A stretch of 45,436 nucleotides of DNA, from positions 49,241,318 through 49,286,753 of the forward strand of contig NC_068988.1 of NCBI RefSeq assembly GCF_001194135.2, written 5' to 3'. The position numbers and the translations under genes were made by a program. Below, one piece after another: positions 24,274-37,100 of the stretch. Numbering within the stretch: the first letter of the stretch is position 1; each line of letters starts with the position of its first letter. The notes under the pieces were generated by a model. The model had not been told where the DNA came from. It made no database searches and saw only the letters and a list, made by a program, of their open reading frames with translations. This DNA comes from Octopus bimaculoides. Its lineage: Eukaryota.

Positions 24274-24650
24274 GTAAGTTGACATTATACTCTTGAAATA
24301 TGTTATTATCCACTCAACGTAAAACATCAGTGAAATATCATTAAAATATTTTAATAATGTAGTGGTATTTCCCAGATATTTTAATTTCGACCTTAATGAT
24401 ATTTTGATCAAATTTTAAAGATATAATAGCGGTAATGCAATGAAGTTTTTCCTAATACATTTTAAAATTCATTGATACTCAAGCAGTAGCTTTTGATGAA
24501 TTATTGATATTTATTCCATGTTTTTACTGATATTTACAGATATTCCAATGGTACATTAATATTTAATGATTCATCAGTGATATGCTACAGTTATTCATTG
24601 AAATTTATTGGTACCTCTGGTGACATTATATTTTAATATTTTAACCTATT

Positions 24651-24835
24651 AAAGTGGCGAGCTGGCAGAACCGTTAGCACGTCGAGTAAAATGCATTTCG
24701 TCCGTCTTTACATTTTAAGTTCGAATCCGCCCACGAGGTCGATAACATAAGTGTCAGTTAAGCGCTGGGGTCGATGTAATCAACTTATCCCCTCTGCCGA
24801 AATTTCTGGCCTTGAGCAAAAATTTGAAACCAATA
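24651..24835 (+). mobile_element. SINE family B
   Basis: ggcgagctggcagaaccgttagcacg..gttcgaatcc..ggggtcgatgtaatc..aatttgaaaccaata. Confidence 0.88.
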
Positions 24836-24849
24836 GTTTAGAGGTTTTT

Positions 24850-25063
24850 AAGGCGATGACCTGGCAGAAGTGTAACCGTGCCGGGAAAATGCTTTGTGGC
24901 ATTTCGTCCGTCTTTATATTCTGAGTTCAAATTCCGTTGAGGTCTTCTTTGCCTTTCATTTTTCGAGATCAATAAAATAGGTTCCATTTAAGCACTGGGA
25001 TCGAGGTAATCGACTTACCGCTCCCAGAATCTACTAGCTTTGTGCCAAAATTTAAAATCAATA
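24850..25063 (+). mobile_element. SINE family B (tandem with the previous copy)
   Basis: aaggcgatgacctggcagaa..ttctgagttcaaattcc..gtaatcgacttacc..gtgccaaaatttaaaatcaata. Confidence 0.88.
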
Positions 25064-25064
25064 T

Positions 25065-25440
25065 CTAAATGAAATTTTATGAAATTTTAGTGATATTACA
25101 TTGATATTACAGTGATATTTAAAATTTTTTGATCACATAGACAGATTTTCAAGACTGATGAGAAAGAAGAAAATAGGTTATCCTGTAAAGGATAAAGTTT
25201 CTCTCTTTCCAAGAAGGAGGTATTCTGAAAAATGTTTGAAGACTTGTCTCGAATACTTTGCAGTAGATTAAACTCCACTAAAGGCACAAAAGGATTTAAG
25301 CGACGAGTTTGGTGCCGGAGTAGGTCAACTCCCTCCTTCAAGTTGTCGATGGGAGGATCTGAACACAGATCATGAAATGCCGGAGTAAATACAGTAAGGC
25401 ATCACGTCCTTTCCTCTAGTGAGTTTATGTGCCCACAACC
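25065..25440 (+). repeat. Local duplicated segment, copy 2 (paralog at 13807-14170)
   Basis: See copy 1. Confidence 0.9.
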
Positions 25441-28400
25441 CTGGCCTAATATTTATCACCCCCAGAAGCGTGAAAATCAGATATGACCTTGGCACAATTT
25501 GAACTTCGAGAGTAAGAAATCAGAATGCATATCACAAAGTATTTTGTCAGATGCATTCGCCTTGATAGTTCATGATTATTCATTGATAGTTATGTGAACT
25601 TTTAGTGATTGACAGCAATATTGTTATTTCAGGCAATATTTGGGGCAAATTAGTGAGAATTAATGATGTTTCATTGATGCATAGCAATGATGCTGTGATA
25701 TTTATCAGAGTCAGAGATATTAGTGGTGTATCAATGATATTTAGAATTATTTTAATGGTATTTTACTGATATATTGAAGATACATCTATTATACTTGCAA
25801 CATCTTATAACATCTTGTGTAAAATATTTACCTAACTTTCTGTGATATCTTACTTTTGAGTTATGATATTTCATACTCACTGAGATATTTACCAATGAAA
25901 CAGAGCAATTTAGTGTAGCAATTTGCCCACAATGTTCCATTGTTCTTAAGCATATTTGCCTCTCATTACTGATAATACAGTTACCTATTTACCCGTTTGT
26001 TATCCTATTGACCGACTCCATTATTCGCACCAATACTTTCACTTCACTACTTCAAGCATACATCAGTAGAATAAAACGTCGCTGACACCGCTGCTATTAA
26101 TAAAATCATTCATTACAACAACAAGTCTAACAACAAAAATTATATATTCATTGACAGAAATAACGAAAACCAAAATGTAAATAATAAAACAAAGCATAGC
26201 TAGTATAGAACATTAACAAAACAAAACAAAACAATGCAAAAGCACGAAGCATAAAGTGTGAATCATTGGTTTTTCATGGTATCTCGCGATCTCGATCAGT
26301 CCACAATATTTTCTGAACCGTTAACACCAGGATCAAGTTGTCGGCAGAGAAACTATCTCGTCACAAATCTAAACGTACCGTTTAAATCTGTAAAAAGCAC
26401 TTACACACTAAAGTAGTGAGTTGTAAATAATGCAATGACATTGCAACGAAAATTTACGGTGCTGTCACTAACAAACGACATGGAGGGGAAAAACTACAAA
26501 AGCTTAGTAGAGGAGAAACCAAGGAAGGAATATTGACCGAAAAAAATAACTCATGCTTCGATAATAGAAGTTAGTAATATATAAAAGATTAAAAGATCAA
26601 CTACATCAAACAAGCAAACAGTCGGATTATATATTGGTTTATGAAATATTAATCAGTTATTCGTGGGACATAAGCAAGTGTGTTAGAGTCACAGCTGGCC
26701 AAATCGATAGAACACGGATCTATCGTCGAAAAGACTGTCATTACATATCCCAACATTGGTGCTACTCTTGACAAAGTTACTTTAATAGCAACTTCTGGTA
26801 GCTTGCTATAACATGTATTAAGGAAAATAACTTTCAGATGCAGAATCTGATGTATGTAGCTGTGATATACATCATAAGACATTTTCCATTATACTGTCTC
26901 GTCAACTTAGTTACAATAGACACAGTGATAGTACAATCTCTGCACCTCAAAGCTGTAATAGGTCTTATTACAAGATATGTTCGGTATCTACTATCTGAAT
27001 CACTTAACTGTATAAGACGCCATGAAAAAGCACGAAATAGAAACCAACGGAGTAACCTGTGTGTAATCGGTCACTCTGTTTGATATGGCCACCAAATAGT
27101 CCTCATATCACACCTTGCCATCTGAAATACGAAATGAGACATTTGATTATGTCTTCCTCGATATATTATGTCAGAAACAAAATATAGATTGAGTTCAATC
27201 TCAGGACCGCTACACCAAGGTCGGCTGAAGGCTGACCAAAAATTTTCACGAAAGAGAAGAATCGGTTCAGTCTGATGATAATTGCGTACTGATCACTCCA
27301 AAGCCATTAAAATTCGACCTCGTTGCTAGCAAGTGTGTATTCAATGGATTAATCCGGTTCACTCTGTCGTTACATGCCACATAGACATACAGAGAATAGT
27401 TCGTGGTTATGACATTAACTTTGACATGTATTTTGTTAATAAACAACCACAAGCTTCAAACTCTCCAAAGTGGAGCTACAGTTTAATGAATACTGTCTGT
27501 AACAAACAGCACGAAAACAGAGTCTTCGTGCTGTGGACATAAGAATCTACCTAAGAAACATTACTGCATTAATGCAGTAATGCATTCATCGATACTAGAT
27601 TGTAATAGTAGGTCAATAAGTAATATAAATGTGAATAGTTAGATATAATACTGAAGTCGTTGGTGGCAACACAAGACAGGTTTGTAACAAATCCCTACTG
27701 ATCGTACACTTTTTGTTCACAAAACTATTGTATGTACACAATGTTTAGAACTGTTCATACACGCAATGTTTGCTAAAAACCTATACATACAACAAGGTTG
27801 AGCCAATAATGCGATCACTACGAAGCTGCTATTTCTGATTGAAATAGCAGTGAAATTTTCTCATAGTTCGTGTAGTAAGATCAAAAGAATTTATTCACTT
27901 AAACTCCAGTACATACATATACTGATGAGAATCTTCATCTATTTGTACAAATGAAACACATACTGGCAGTAATAAATGCCAGCTTTTAAGCATCCACTCC
28001 AGCTGTTTGAAATAGGAAGCAAATTTTCCACAAGTCAAACAGCTAACTGTCTTAACAAATGAAGAACATATACGACATTGTAGTCTCTGACAAAAGGAAA
28101 ACCATCAACAGTAGCGCTAAATAACAAGTGTAGATAACAAAGAAAAGGAACTTCTGAGTGGTCATTCGAATGTGAGCAATGGCAGATAAAGGTCACTAAA
28201 ATTACTCAGCATACAATGTTAGAAAAAATGCAGAGAAAAATGTAGTCGATATCATACAAAAGTATAAACATATTTTACCAAAGATCTTCTCAGCCAGGCT
28301 CTAAGTGGCAACTGGATTATATAATACACACCTTATTTTTAAATAATTCACTTTCCACCCAGACTTCCTTCCAGGTAATAAGTACCAATGCGAGAGGTTG

Positions 28401-28966
28401 AAAATATGCAGAAAAATGAAAGTGCAGGAGTATGAGTAGACAAACCTAAATAAACAAAGAGCAGAGAGAGTAGAAGGGAAACCTATAAGCAGGAAAAGGC
28501 ATGTCTGCAACGGCCAACATTGAGAAGCTGGAGAGGTAGAATATGTTTGTATTGGAAAACGTGTCTACTTAACAGAGACAAGCATTAAATAGGAGCTTAA
28601 TACGTTACATGAAACTAAAAAAGAAACAAAGATAGACAGATACATAGATTGATTGAGAGAGAGGATGGGGGGAGCGACATACAAACAAGTAGGGTAAATA
28701 GAAAACAAATATAGTTATCTAAAGAAAAGGAACGGTTTTGAAACTTAGTACGCATTAATGCTGGAAGAAATGGGAAACATCATATACACACAATACACAC
28801 ACGTACAAACACACAAATATACACACTCACATACATATATATATATATAAAAGTGTTTATGTGCTTGTATATATATTTATATATGTATGGACATATATGT
28901 ATATATTCATATATACACGACTATACTGCATTCCAAATATTATTTTCTTGCCTGTAAAATATATAT

Positions 28967-29362
28967 GGCGTGGCTGTGCGGTAAGAAGCTTATTTCTCAA
29001 CCACATGGTTTCAGGTTCAGTCCCACAGTGTAGCACCTAGGGCAAGTGTCTCCTACTATAGCCTCGGGCCGACCAAAGAGTTGTGAGTAGGTTTGGTAGA
29101 CGGGAACTGAAACAAGCCGGTCTGGTATAAATACATACATATATGTGTGTGTTTCTTTGTGCCTGTTCCCCCCCCCCCCGCACCACCACCACCATTGCTT
29201 GAACAACCGATGCTAGGGTGTTTATGTCCCCGAAACACAGCGGTTCGGCAAAAGCGTACGCTAGAATAAGTACTAGGCTTACAAAGAACAAGTCCTAAAG
29301 TCGATTTCTTAGACTAAAGGTTGTGCTCCAGGATGGCCAGATTCAAATGATTGAAACATGTA
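28967..29362 (+). mobile_element. tRNA-derived SINE family A, near full length
   Basis: ggcgtggctgtgcggtaagaagc..ggttcagtccc..cctagggcaagtgtc..gggccgaccaaag..gaataagtactaggcttacaaag..tcaaatgattgaaaca. Confidence 0.92.
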
Positions 29363-29479
29363 NNNNNNNNNNNNNNNNNNNNNNNNNNNNNNNNNNNNNN
29401 NNNNNNNNNNNNNNNNNNNNNNNNNNNNNNNNNNNNATATATATATATATATACACGTACTGATAGACAGACACATATA

Positions 29480-29672
29480 TATACAGGCAGATAGACAAAC
29501 AGACAAACAGACTGACAGACAAACAAACAAACAGAAAGACAGACAGACAGATAGACTGACGGCTAGATAGATTGATAGATAGATAGATGCATGCATACCT
29601 ACATCCATCCATCCATCCATACATACATACATACATACATACATACATACATACATACATACATACATACAT
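29480..29672. repeat. Compound (GACA)/(GATA)/(CATC)/(CATA)n tetranucleotide repeats
   Basis: Direct reading. Confidence 0.9.
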
Positions 29673-30126
29673 GCATGAACATGCACATACAGCAATAAGC
29701 CAAGCCATATGCTTAGATCCAAATGTGTGAGTCTATGGGGCATGTGATTTGTTTTAACTTTACACGCGTGAGAGAATAGATAGTTTTTTTTCATTTTGGG
29801 GCAAGACAAAACCAAACCAAATCTAACTGAAATAAAAGTAAGCAAAAAAAACTTACATGAAATGCATGGGAAGCTTAATGGATAGGAACTGGATTTAATT
29901 CACAGGCCATTAATAGATCACTACATATATATGTATGTATTATGTGTGTGTGTGTGTGTGTGTGTATGTGTGTGTGTGTGTGTGTGTGTTGTTTGTATGT
30001 GTAACGATGCAATCGTGTTTGAATAGAGAATGTTGGTCGAAAACCGAAACTAATTGCTCATCGAATCTTGCCATATTTTATATGTTGTTAGATAATGCTC
30101 ATTCTAACATTCATGCATATATATAG

Positions 30127-30166
<40 letters not shown>

Positions 30167-30357
30167 GTGCGTGTGTGTATGTTTGTGCATGTGTGTATAT
30201 ATATATATATATATGTCCATATATAAATATATATACAGCCATCTATACACTTACATACATATATTTATGTATATATACATACACACACACACACATATAC
30301 ATATATATTCATATATATACATGTATGAAATATATATATATATATATATATATACAA

Positions 30358-30394
<37 letters not shown>

Positions 30395-30733
30395 CATGTA
30401 TATAGGAAGTGTGTGTATGTGTGCGTATTTGCATGCGTAGACAGAATGTATATAGCATATAGTAGTTAAGCTGCAATTCATTATGAGAATGCTAATTTGA
30501 CAGTATGGATTTCTTTGGATATATCAGTAAAATTTACTGTTACATAGTCACAGTTTCCGATGCTTTTAAAACTCCGTATATATGTTAGACTTCACACTAC
30601 GTAATTCTGGGGCCATACATACAACCTTATAATACATAGCTGTCCCGCACGCACTATATATGCTGTCTTTCTTGACAGACATAAACCCACACATACACGT
30701 TCGTATATATGTGTATCTGTATTTCAGTATACC

Positions 30734-30808
<75 letters not shown>

Positions 30809-31751
30809 CCATATATATTTGCTATGCACTTACGGCAGTAAAAAACACGATGTCCTATGCAATATAACAGACAAAAGAATGGCAGCAAAGGCTTTAATGG
30901 AGAACGAACTAAATATCATTCAAACACCGTGGATGGTATTTTTGTTTTCAATTCAATTTCTCTCTCGGCAGTTATTGTTTCATAACATATATTACTTACT
31001 GTCTTTATGTGTTCATAGTTAGATGTACTTATATTTTGTATATATATATATGTGTATTTATGTATCCCTCTAACTAAAAATTTGAACAATCAATACAGCT
31101 CTTGTAAAGTAACGAAATTTTTGATTTCTAGATTTGAACTTTAAACTTTCCATATAGACATCAATTTTGTACTAGAATCAGAACTGGGGGGGGGGGAGCA
31201 AAATATGACTTTAGTGACTTTTTCAGCTATTGTCTCGCGGTCATTATATCCAGAATGCTCTGACGAGCTTATAGCACGAGTATATAGCTGTGAAATCTTT
31301 AAGGGTTATACATATAAATATGTGTGGTATAAAATATTGACTTGTACGCTTATATCTATAGAGTTTGTGGTGCTACTAAGCACAAACACCCACACAAGCA
31401 CATACATTTACATACAGACGCACAATCACAAACACGAATTTGGCGGGGCGTATGTACAGTATGAATATATGTATGTATACACACACATACATACACACAC
31501 ACACTCACACAAGCACACTCATATACAGTATAATAACCGGCTTTACTCGCAGTATGAGAGACTGCAATAAGTGACCAGAAGTTTTTAATGAAAGTATATC
31601 CAGTTTAACATAGCATTGTCTGATTTCAACTGGAAAGTTAACATTTCTATAACTTGAAATACATTCCTGTAACTTGAAATATCAGTATGCTTATAGCAGT
31701 CTAGAGTGTAATAAAAGCGCTCTCTTATAGGTATACGTTAAATATGTAGAT

Positions 31752-32271
31752 CAGTGATTCCCAAGGTGGGGCCTGAGAAAATTCAGGTGGGGCGCGGGGC
31801 ATAGACGTGGGCTGTGAAAATATTTGTACATGACGAGCGGTCATCGCAGGCACAACCTTAGATTCCGTCTTTCCTTTGAAGCCTCCACATCGGAAACTCT
31901 CTTGATAAAGGATTTCAATGACATATTTTGCGATTTAAAGGCAATGAATTTTCCTTCTTGGTTAACTCAACCGCTTCTGATTAACGTTTCTGATGCTACA
32001 ATCCAATACCAAGAAGTGTTATCAGAATTACAACATGATGAATCAGTGAAGACTTTGTTTAAATTGAAAGGTACAAAGATGTGGCTATATGACGAGGTTG
32101 AAAGAAAATATCCTAAAATTTCTACATCAGCGAGAGAGCTACTGATTCCTTTCCCTTCGTCTTATTTGGTCGAATGTGGTTTTAGTGCAGTTGATAATTT
32201 GCTCGAAGCCAAGAGAAACCGGCTTGAGATTACAAAACGTGGCGATTTACGACTGAAATTAACAAAGTTGT
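31752..32271 (+). mobile_element. Internally deleted hAT transposon, Buster/Charlie group, with transposase C-terminal (dimerisation) remnant
   Basis: Terminus CAGTGATTCCCAA preceded by ATGTAGAT (NNNTANNN). Translation DFNDIFCDLKAMNFPSWLTQP...LLIPFPSSYLVECGFSAVDNLLEAKRNRLEITKRGDLRLKLTKL is typical of SCAND3/ZBED5/Buster-like transposases. The right end is lost in the gap. Confidence 0.9.
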
Positions 32272-33432
32272 NNNNNNNNNNNNNNNNNNNNNNNNNNNNN
32301 NNNNNNNNNNNNNNNNNNNNNNNNNNNNNNNNNNNNNNNNNNNNNNNNNNNNNNNNNNNNNNNNNNNNNNNNNNNNNNNNNNNNNNNNNNNNNNNNNNNN
32401 NNNNNNNNNNNNNNNNNNNNNNNNNNNNNNNNNNNNNNNNNNNNNNNNNNNNNNNNNNNNNNNNNNNNNNNNNNNNNNNNNNNNNNNNNNNNNNNNNNNN
32501 NNNNNNNNNNNNNNNNNNNNNNNNNNNNNNNNNNNNNNNNNNNNNNNNNNNNNNNNNNNNNNNNNNNNNNNNNNNNNNNNNNNNNNNNNNNNNNNNNNNN
32601 NNNNNNNNNNNNNNNNNNNNNNNNNNNNNNNNNNNNNNNNNNNNNNNNNNNNNNNNNNNNNNNNNNNNNNNNNNNNNNNNNNNNNNNNNNNNNNNNNNNN
32701 NNNNNNNNNNNNNNNNNNNNNNNNNNNNNNNNNNNNNNNNNNNNNNNNNNNNNNNNNNNNNNNNNNNNNNNNNNNNNNNNNNNNNNNNNNNNNNNNNNNN
32801 NNNNNNNNNNNNNNNNNNNNNNNNNNNNNNNNNNNNNNNNNNNNNNNNNNNNNNNNNNNNNNNNNNNNNNNNNNNNNNNNNNNNNNNNNNNNNNNNNNNN
32901 NNNNNNNNNNNNNNNNNNNNNNNNNNNNNNNNNNNNNNNNNNNNNNNNNNNNNNNNNNNNNNNNNNNNNNNNNNNNNNNNNNNNNNNNNNNNNNNNNNNN
33001 NNNNNNNNNNNNNNNNNNNNNNNNNNNNNNNNNNNNNNNNNNNNNNNNNNNNNNNNNNNNNNNNNNNNNNNNNNNNNNNNNNNNNNNNNNNNNNNNNNNN
33101 NNNNNNNNNNNNNNNNNNNNNNNNNNNNNNNNNNNNNNNNNNNNNNNNNNNNNNNNNNNNNNNNNNNNNNNNNNNNNNNNNNNNNNNNNNNNNNNNNNNN
33201 NNNNAATCCTATTCGAAACATATACTAATTTGAGCCATGATGTCCCTATAAAAACAGGGCAAATTTCAGACACTAGTCAGAAACAAAGCACCTGTGACGT
33301 AAGCCACGTCTTTCTATTTGAACATTTCGAAAATCAGTGTAAACTGTGAAACCGGTTACAAATTCAAATATATTAATGAAAAATATTTAACTATTCTCAG
33401 ATTATTTTCAGCTTCTATTTTTCAAATATACA

Positions 33433-33565
33433 TTATTTTATTTGTTTCAGTCATTTGACTGCGGCCATGCTGGAGCACCGTCTTTAGTCGAACAAATCGA
33501 CCCCATGACTTATTCTTTGTAAGCCTAGTACTTATTCTATCGGTCCCTTTTGCCAAACTGCTAAC
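33433..33565 (-). mobile_element. SINE family A 3' fragment
   Basis: tgtttcagtcatttgactgcggccatgctggagcaccg..aaatcgacccc..aagcctagtacttattctatcgg. Confidence 0.9.
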
Positions 33566-34054
33566 AGCCCAAAGGATTTGGCTATGTTGGGGTACTACCC
33601 GTATCATCACATTTTCAATGGTCATTCGTTTGAGATTGACTTGCTGCCAAATTTAGAGTTTGTTCCTATGACATTGGTTTATCTGGTTCCATGTGATTGG
33701 GAAGCAATCTTCTTACAGGGCGATCTGCATCTAAAATGAGAAATAAATACTGCAAGGCATTGTGTCCGAAACTCTAACTACTAATCCATGGCTTGTATTA
33801 TCTGAATATGAGCCTTCCGTTCTTCCATCGTTTCATTTATCTGCTCAGTTAATTATCGAATAAGTGGCTGAGTATTCCACTGACATGCGTAGTCTGACAA
33901 GGTCAATGTGAGTGTGCGTAATAAGGCATGGTAGATGTCTATATTGTATGTACAATTCACCGGATTTTTCAGTTCACCCAATTTCGCCAAAAGCCTTGTG
34001 ATGATTCGAAGATAGAGCAAAAGATATTTAGTAGCAGCATCGCACACCAGAATC

Positions 34055-34184
34055 GTATGTATGTATGTTTGTATGTATGTATGTATGTATGTATGTATGT
34101 ATGTATGTACAAATATTCACAATTATATATGTGTGTATATATACAGAAACACATATACATACATACAGGTAGACAGGCAGACAA

Positions 34185-34262
<78 letters not shown>
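34055..34262. repeat. (TATG)n and (GATA)n microsatellites
   Basis: Direct reading. Confidence 0.95.
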
Positions 34263-34263
<1 letters not shown>

Positions 34264-35239
34264 TAATATATATACGCATATCTGCATGCAGCTACACACA
34301 TACATGAATATACATGTATGCATAAATGAATATACATTTATAGATATACTCACACACACTAATATGTGCGTGTATATGCATATGAGCATATGGTGTATGT
34401 ATATATGTACACCCACAAACAAATTCACACAGCACACACATCTATACGTCTGTATGTGCTTTGTGTGCACGTATATGAGTGTGTGTTTATATAATAGTTT
34501 TGATTGTTAGGCCCTGTAAATATATTATGATGCAAATGTTATATGTGGTGTTGGTGATGGAGATACTAATTATATTTTTGATGTATATGGTAGCGATGTT
34601 GTCATTATTTATCATTCTTGTTGCTGATGATGATATACGTTTCGTTGTCGTTGGTTTACTTGTTATAATTGTTGTTGTTTAATATTTGCAGCGCTATCTT
34701 CTAATCACAATGGTCTATATTAGCTCATTAATTTCACAATTTTAGCAGATTATCACAATCAATTTCAACTCATTGGTATATTTAAAATATCTCATTAAAT
34801 ATCTTCAAGTTTAATTAGTATTTTTAAGATATCTAGACGCCATTTTAAATTCGTGTAACGGAAACTGGATAATAATCTGTAGCAAAGGCGGAAAAAAGCG
34901 ATAAAGAACTAATAATGTAATATGGAATAACTTATAACAAAACCTAGAGAAATACCGTGGTATGTCAGAAATAGAACCAACGAACGGAGCTAAAGGAAAA
35001 TATATTGGATTGGTTAGTGAGCAATAAAATACTCGTTTTATTCTTCATCCGACCAGAAGTATGGGCGCGCCAGGAGTTTAAATCGCTGCCCCACCCACTG
35101 GACAAATATTACAGAATGTGCTTTGATAGGTTAACATGAACTAATTAAATTTTACAAGCCATGTTGCGTTTTTTACATTAGTTTCAGCCTCTTGGTTGTA
35201 ACGATAGTATTCTATTGATATCTTTAATATTTAACTTGT

Positions 35240-35410
35240 TTTGCTCATTGGGCTACGCCCACACTAGAGCACAGCCTTGAAGAGGCTAGTCACACAAATG
35301 TTTAAGTATGGTATTTAATGAATCAGTCTCTTTTACAGAGCTACAAGGTTGTGAGGACGTAAACAAAGAAGCACCGGTTGTCAAGCAGTGGGGAACAAGC
35401 ACGACAGAAA
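35240..35410 (-). mobile_element. Degenerate SINE family A fragment
   Basis: ctagagcacagcctt..ggacgtaaac..caccggttgtcaagc. Confidence 0.55.
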
Positions 35411-35454
35411 CTTATTCACACAAACCTACATACACATACGTATTATATATAATA

Positions 35455-36610
35455 TATGTCGTGGTTGTCTACTCCTTATGCAGAGTTTGACAACATCCTG
35501 TACCTATACCTTAGCCCGATCATGGCATCTGATGTGGCTTTTTAAACCAGACAATGTTCTGAAAAGACACCCATATAGATTGCACATCAAATTTGGACCA
35601 CTAAGAGCTGCAGATAAGTTCTGATCTTTGTGGATCTTAAAATGTCTTTTGAGGCCACCGTTAGATTTACAACACTTCTGGCATACACTGCACAGACATT
35701 TAGGCAGAATAGTTGGTGGAGGTTCGTTTTCCATGGGTTCGCAGATGAGATTTGAGCCCTGCAAATGACAGGCATTGTCTGTCACAAATTGCCATTCACC
35801 TTCTCGATTGTAACATTTTTCCTTGGATCTCTTTTGAGTCTTGCATACGTTATCCTAACCTTTTCGAACGCTTTCACTCCACTCTATACTTTTCTTCGCC
35901 GTCCAGCTCGATCTGAAGCAAGGGTTTTTTATGTCTTCTGGATCAATTCCAAGTGACTTCATAATAGTGTTTATGCCGTCCTTAAACCGTTTTTTTACGT
36001 TTACGCCGATAGCGTTTCCCCTCTGCCAGATCACCATAAGAAAACTGTTTCGGCATGCGTTCATGCTCCATTCGAACAATATGGCTACACCATCTCATTT
36101 GTTTCCTCAAAATCATAACTTTAATTGGGGTGATGCCTGCAGATGCAAGGACATCTGTGTTTGGATTAAAATAATTCCATTTGATGTTTAAAATGCGATG
36201 AAGGCATTTTTGATGGAATTGTTATAACAATTTAAATGTCTTTCATAACACGCCCATATTTCACAATAATACAACAGGGATGGTAAGACAAATGATTTGT
36301 AAAGAGCCAGCTTTGTATTCTTATTTATATGTCGCTGGAACGAAACCCGTGAATCCAAGCCACTAAATGCCTTTGCTGCCCTTTGAGTTTGCAGCTGTAT
36401 TTCTGTATCATTACAACTGTTTTTTTTTTCAAGTTGATGGTCAAGCCAAAATCATCACAAGCCGAGATTGTAGACCTGTTTCAAAATGACTGACAAGATC
36501 GCAAATCTCAGCGTATAAAAGTTCCCTAATGAGTGAAGTAAAAACCTTTGTTTTGAATTTCAGTTTGGTCAGATTAAAAGCATTTCCAGTTGTCCTGCAC
36601 ACCAAATCTT
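35455..36610 (-). mobile_element. Decayed RTE-clade LINE, 3' half (RT core, thumb, C-terminal zinc fingers)
   Basis: Minus-strand translation gives GNAFNLTKLKFKTKV..IRELLYAEICDLVSH, TKLALYKSFVLPSLLYYCEIW, RWCSHIVRMEHERMPKQFSYGDLAEGKR, KKRFKD, CSVCQKCCKSNGGLKRHFKIH; several frameshifts. Confidence 0.92.
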
Positions 36611-36794
36611 AGTAAAATTATGGAATTGGTTGGTTGGTTAACTGAAACCTAAAAATGCACTTGTAACTTCTTCTAAAATGTCCCAAACAGATTCAGTATA
36701 CATACTTCCTTTCTTCACTCCTACCCACCTCTCCTCGCCCCTCCTCTCTTGCCCTGAAACCTACTTGTTCTCTTTCTCCTAAACACCTCACTTC

Positions 36795-37100
36795 ATTGAT
36801 ACCCCCTCCATCCACACCCCACCCCACACATCCCACTCCCACATACTCAACCCCTACCCAACATCCTCACCCCAAAGCCACACCCCACCCTAACATCCTT
36901 ACACCACCACACCGCCACACCATGCACCACTACACTACTACACCACATTACACCACCCCACGGCACTCCACACACACTGGCACTGACCACTTCCCAGCAC
37001 CCACATCACACACCATCATTCGCACACCCACACATTACAGATGCACACACACACACGCACACATCCACATGTCAAAATCAATAGCCCCTGTCCACACACT
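36795..37100. repeat. C/A-rich low-complexity tract (CCACA-like), G-rich on the minus strand
   Basis: Strong strand asymmetry with many C3-C5 runs. Confidence 0.8.

Noticed and set aside
26640-26760. ISYSWD resembling a TIR-domain first strand
   Set aside because: The downstream residues do not follow the TIR pattern and the frame soon stops.
13884-27935. Other CTGATGA words (near 12973, 13884, 25154, 27923, 34624) as hammerhead cores
   Set aside because: None has a supportable helix II plus GAAA plus helix III/I pairing.
30566-30700. Kinase activation-loop look-alike on - strand ([24 protein letters not shown])
   Set aside because: No DFG, HRD or DxWSxG, a 5-aa insertion before MAPE, and microsatellite surroundings; probably chance. 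A BLASTX hit would reopen it.
36700-36790. EQVGFRAR as a second LINE RT motif on - strand
   Set aside because: Isolated 8-aa match in purine-rich low-complexity sequence with no following RT motifs.
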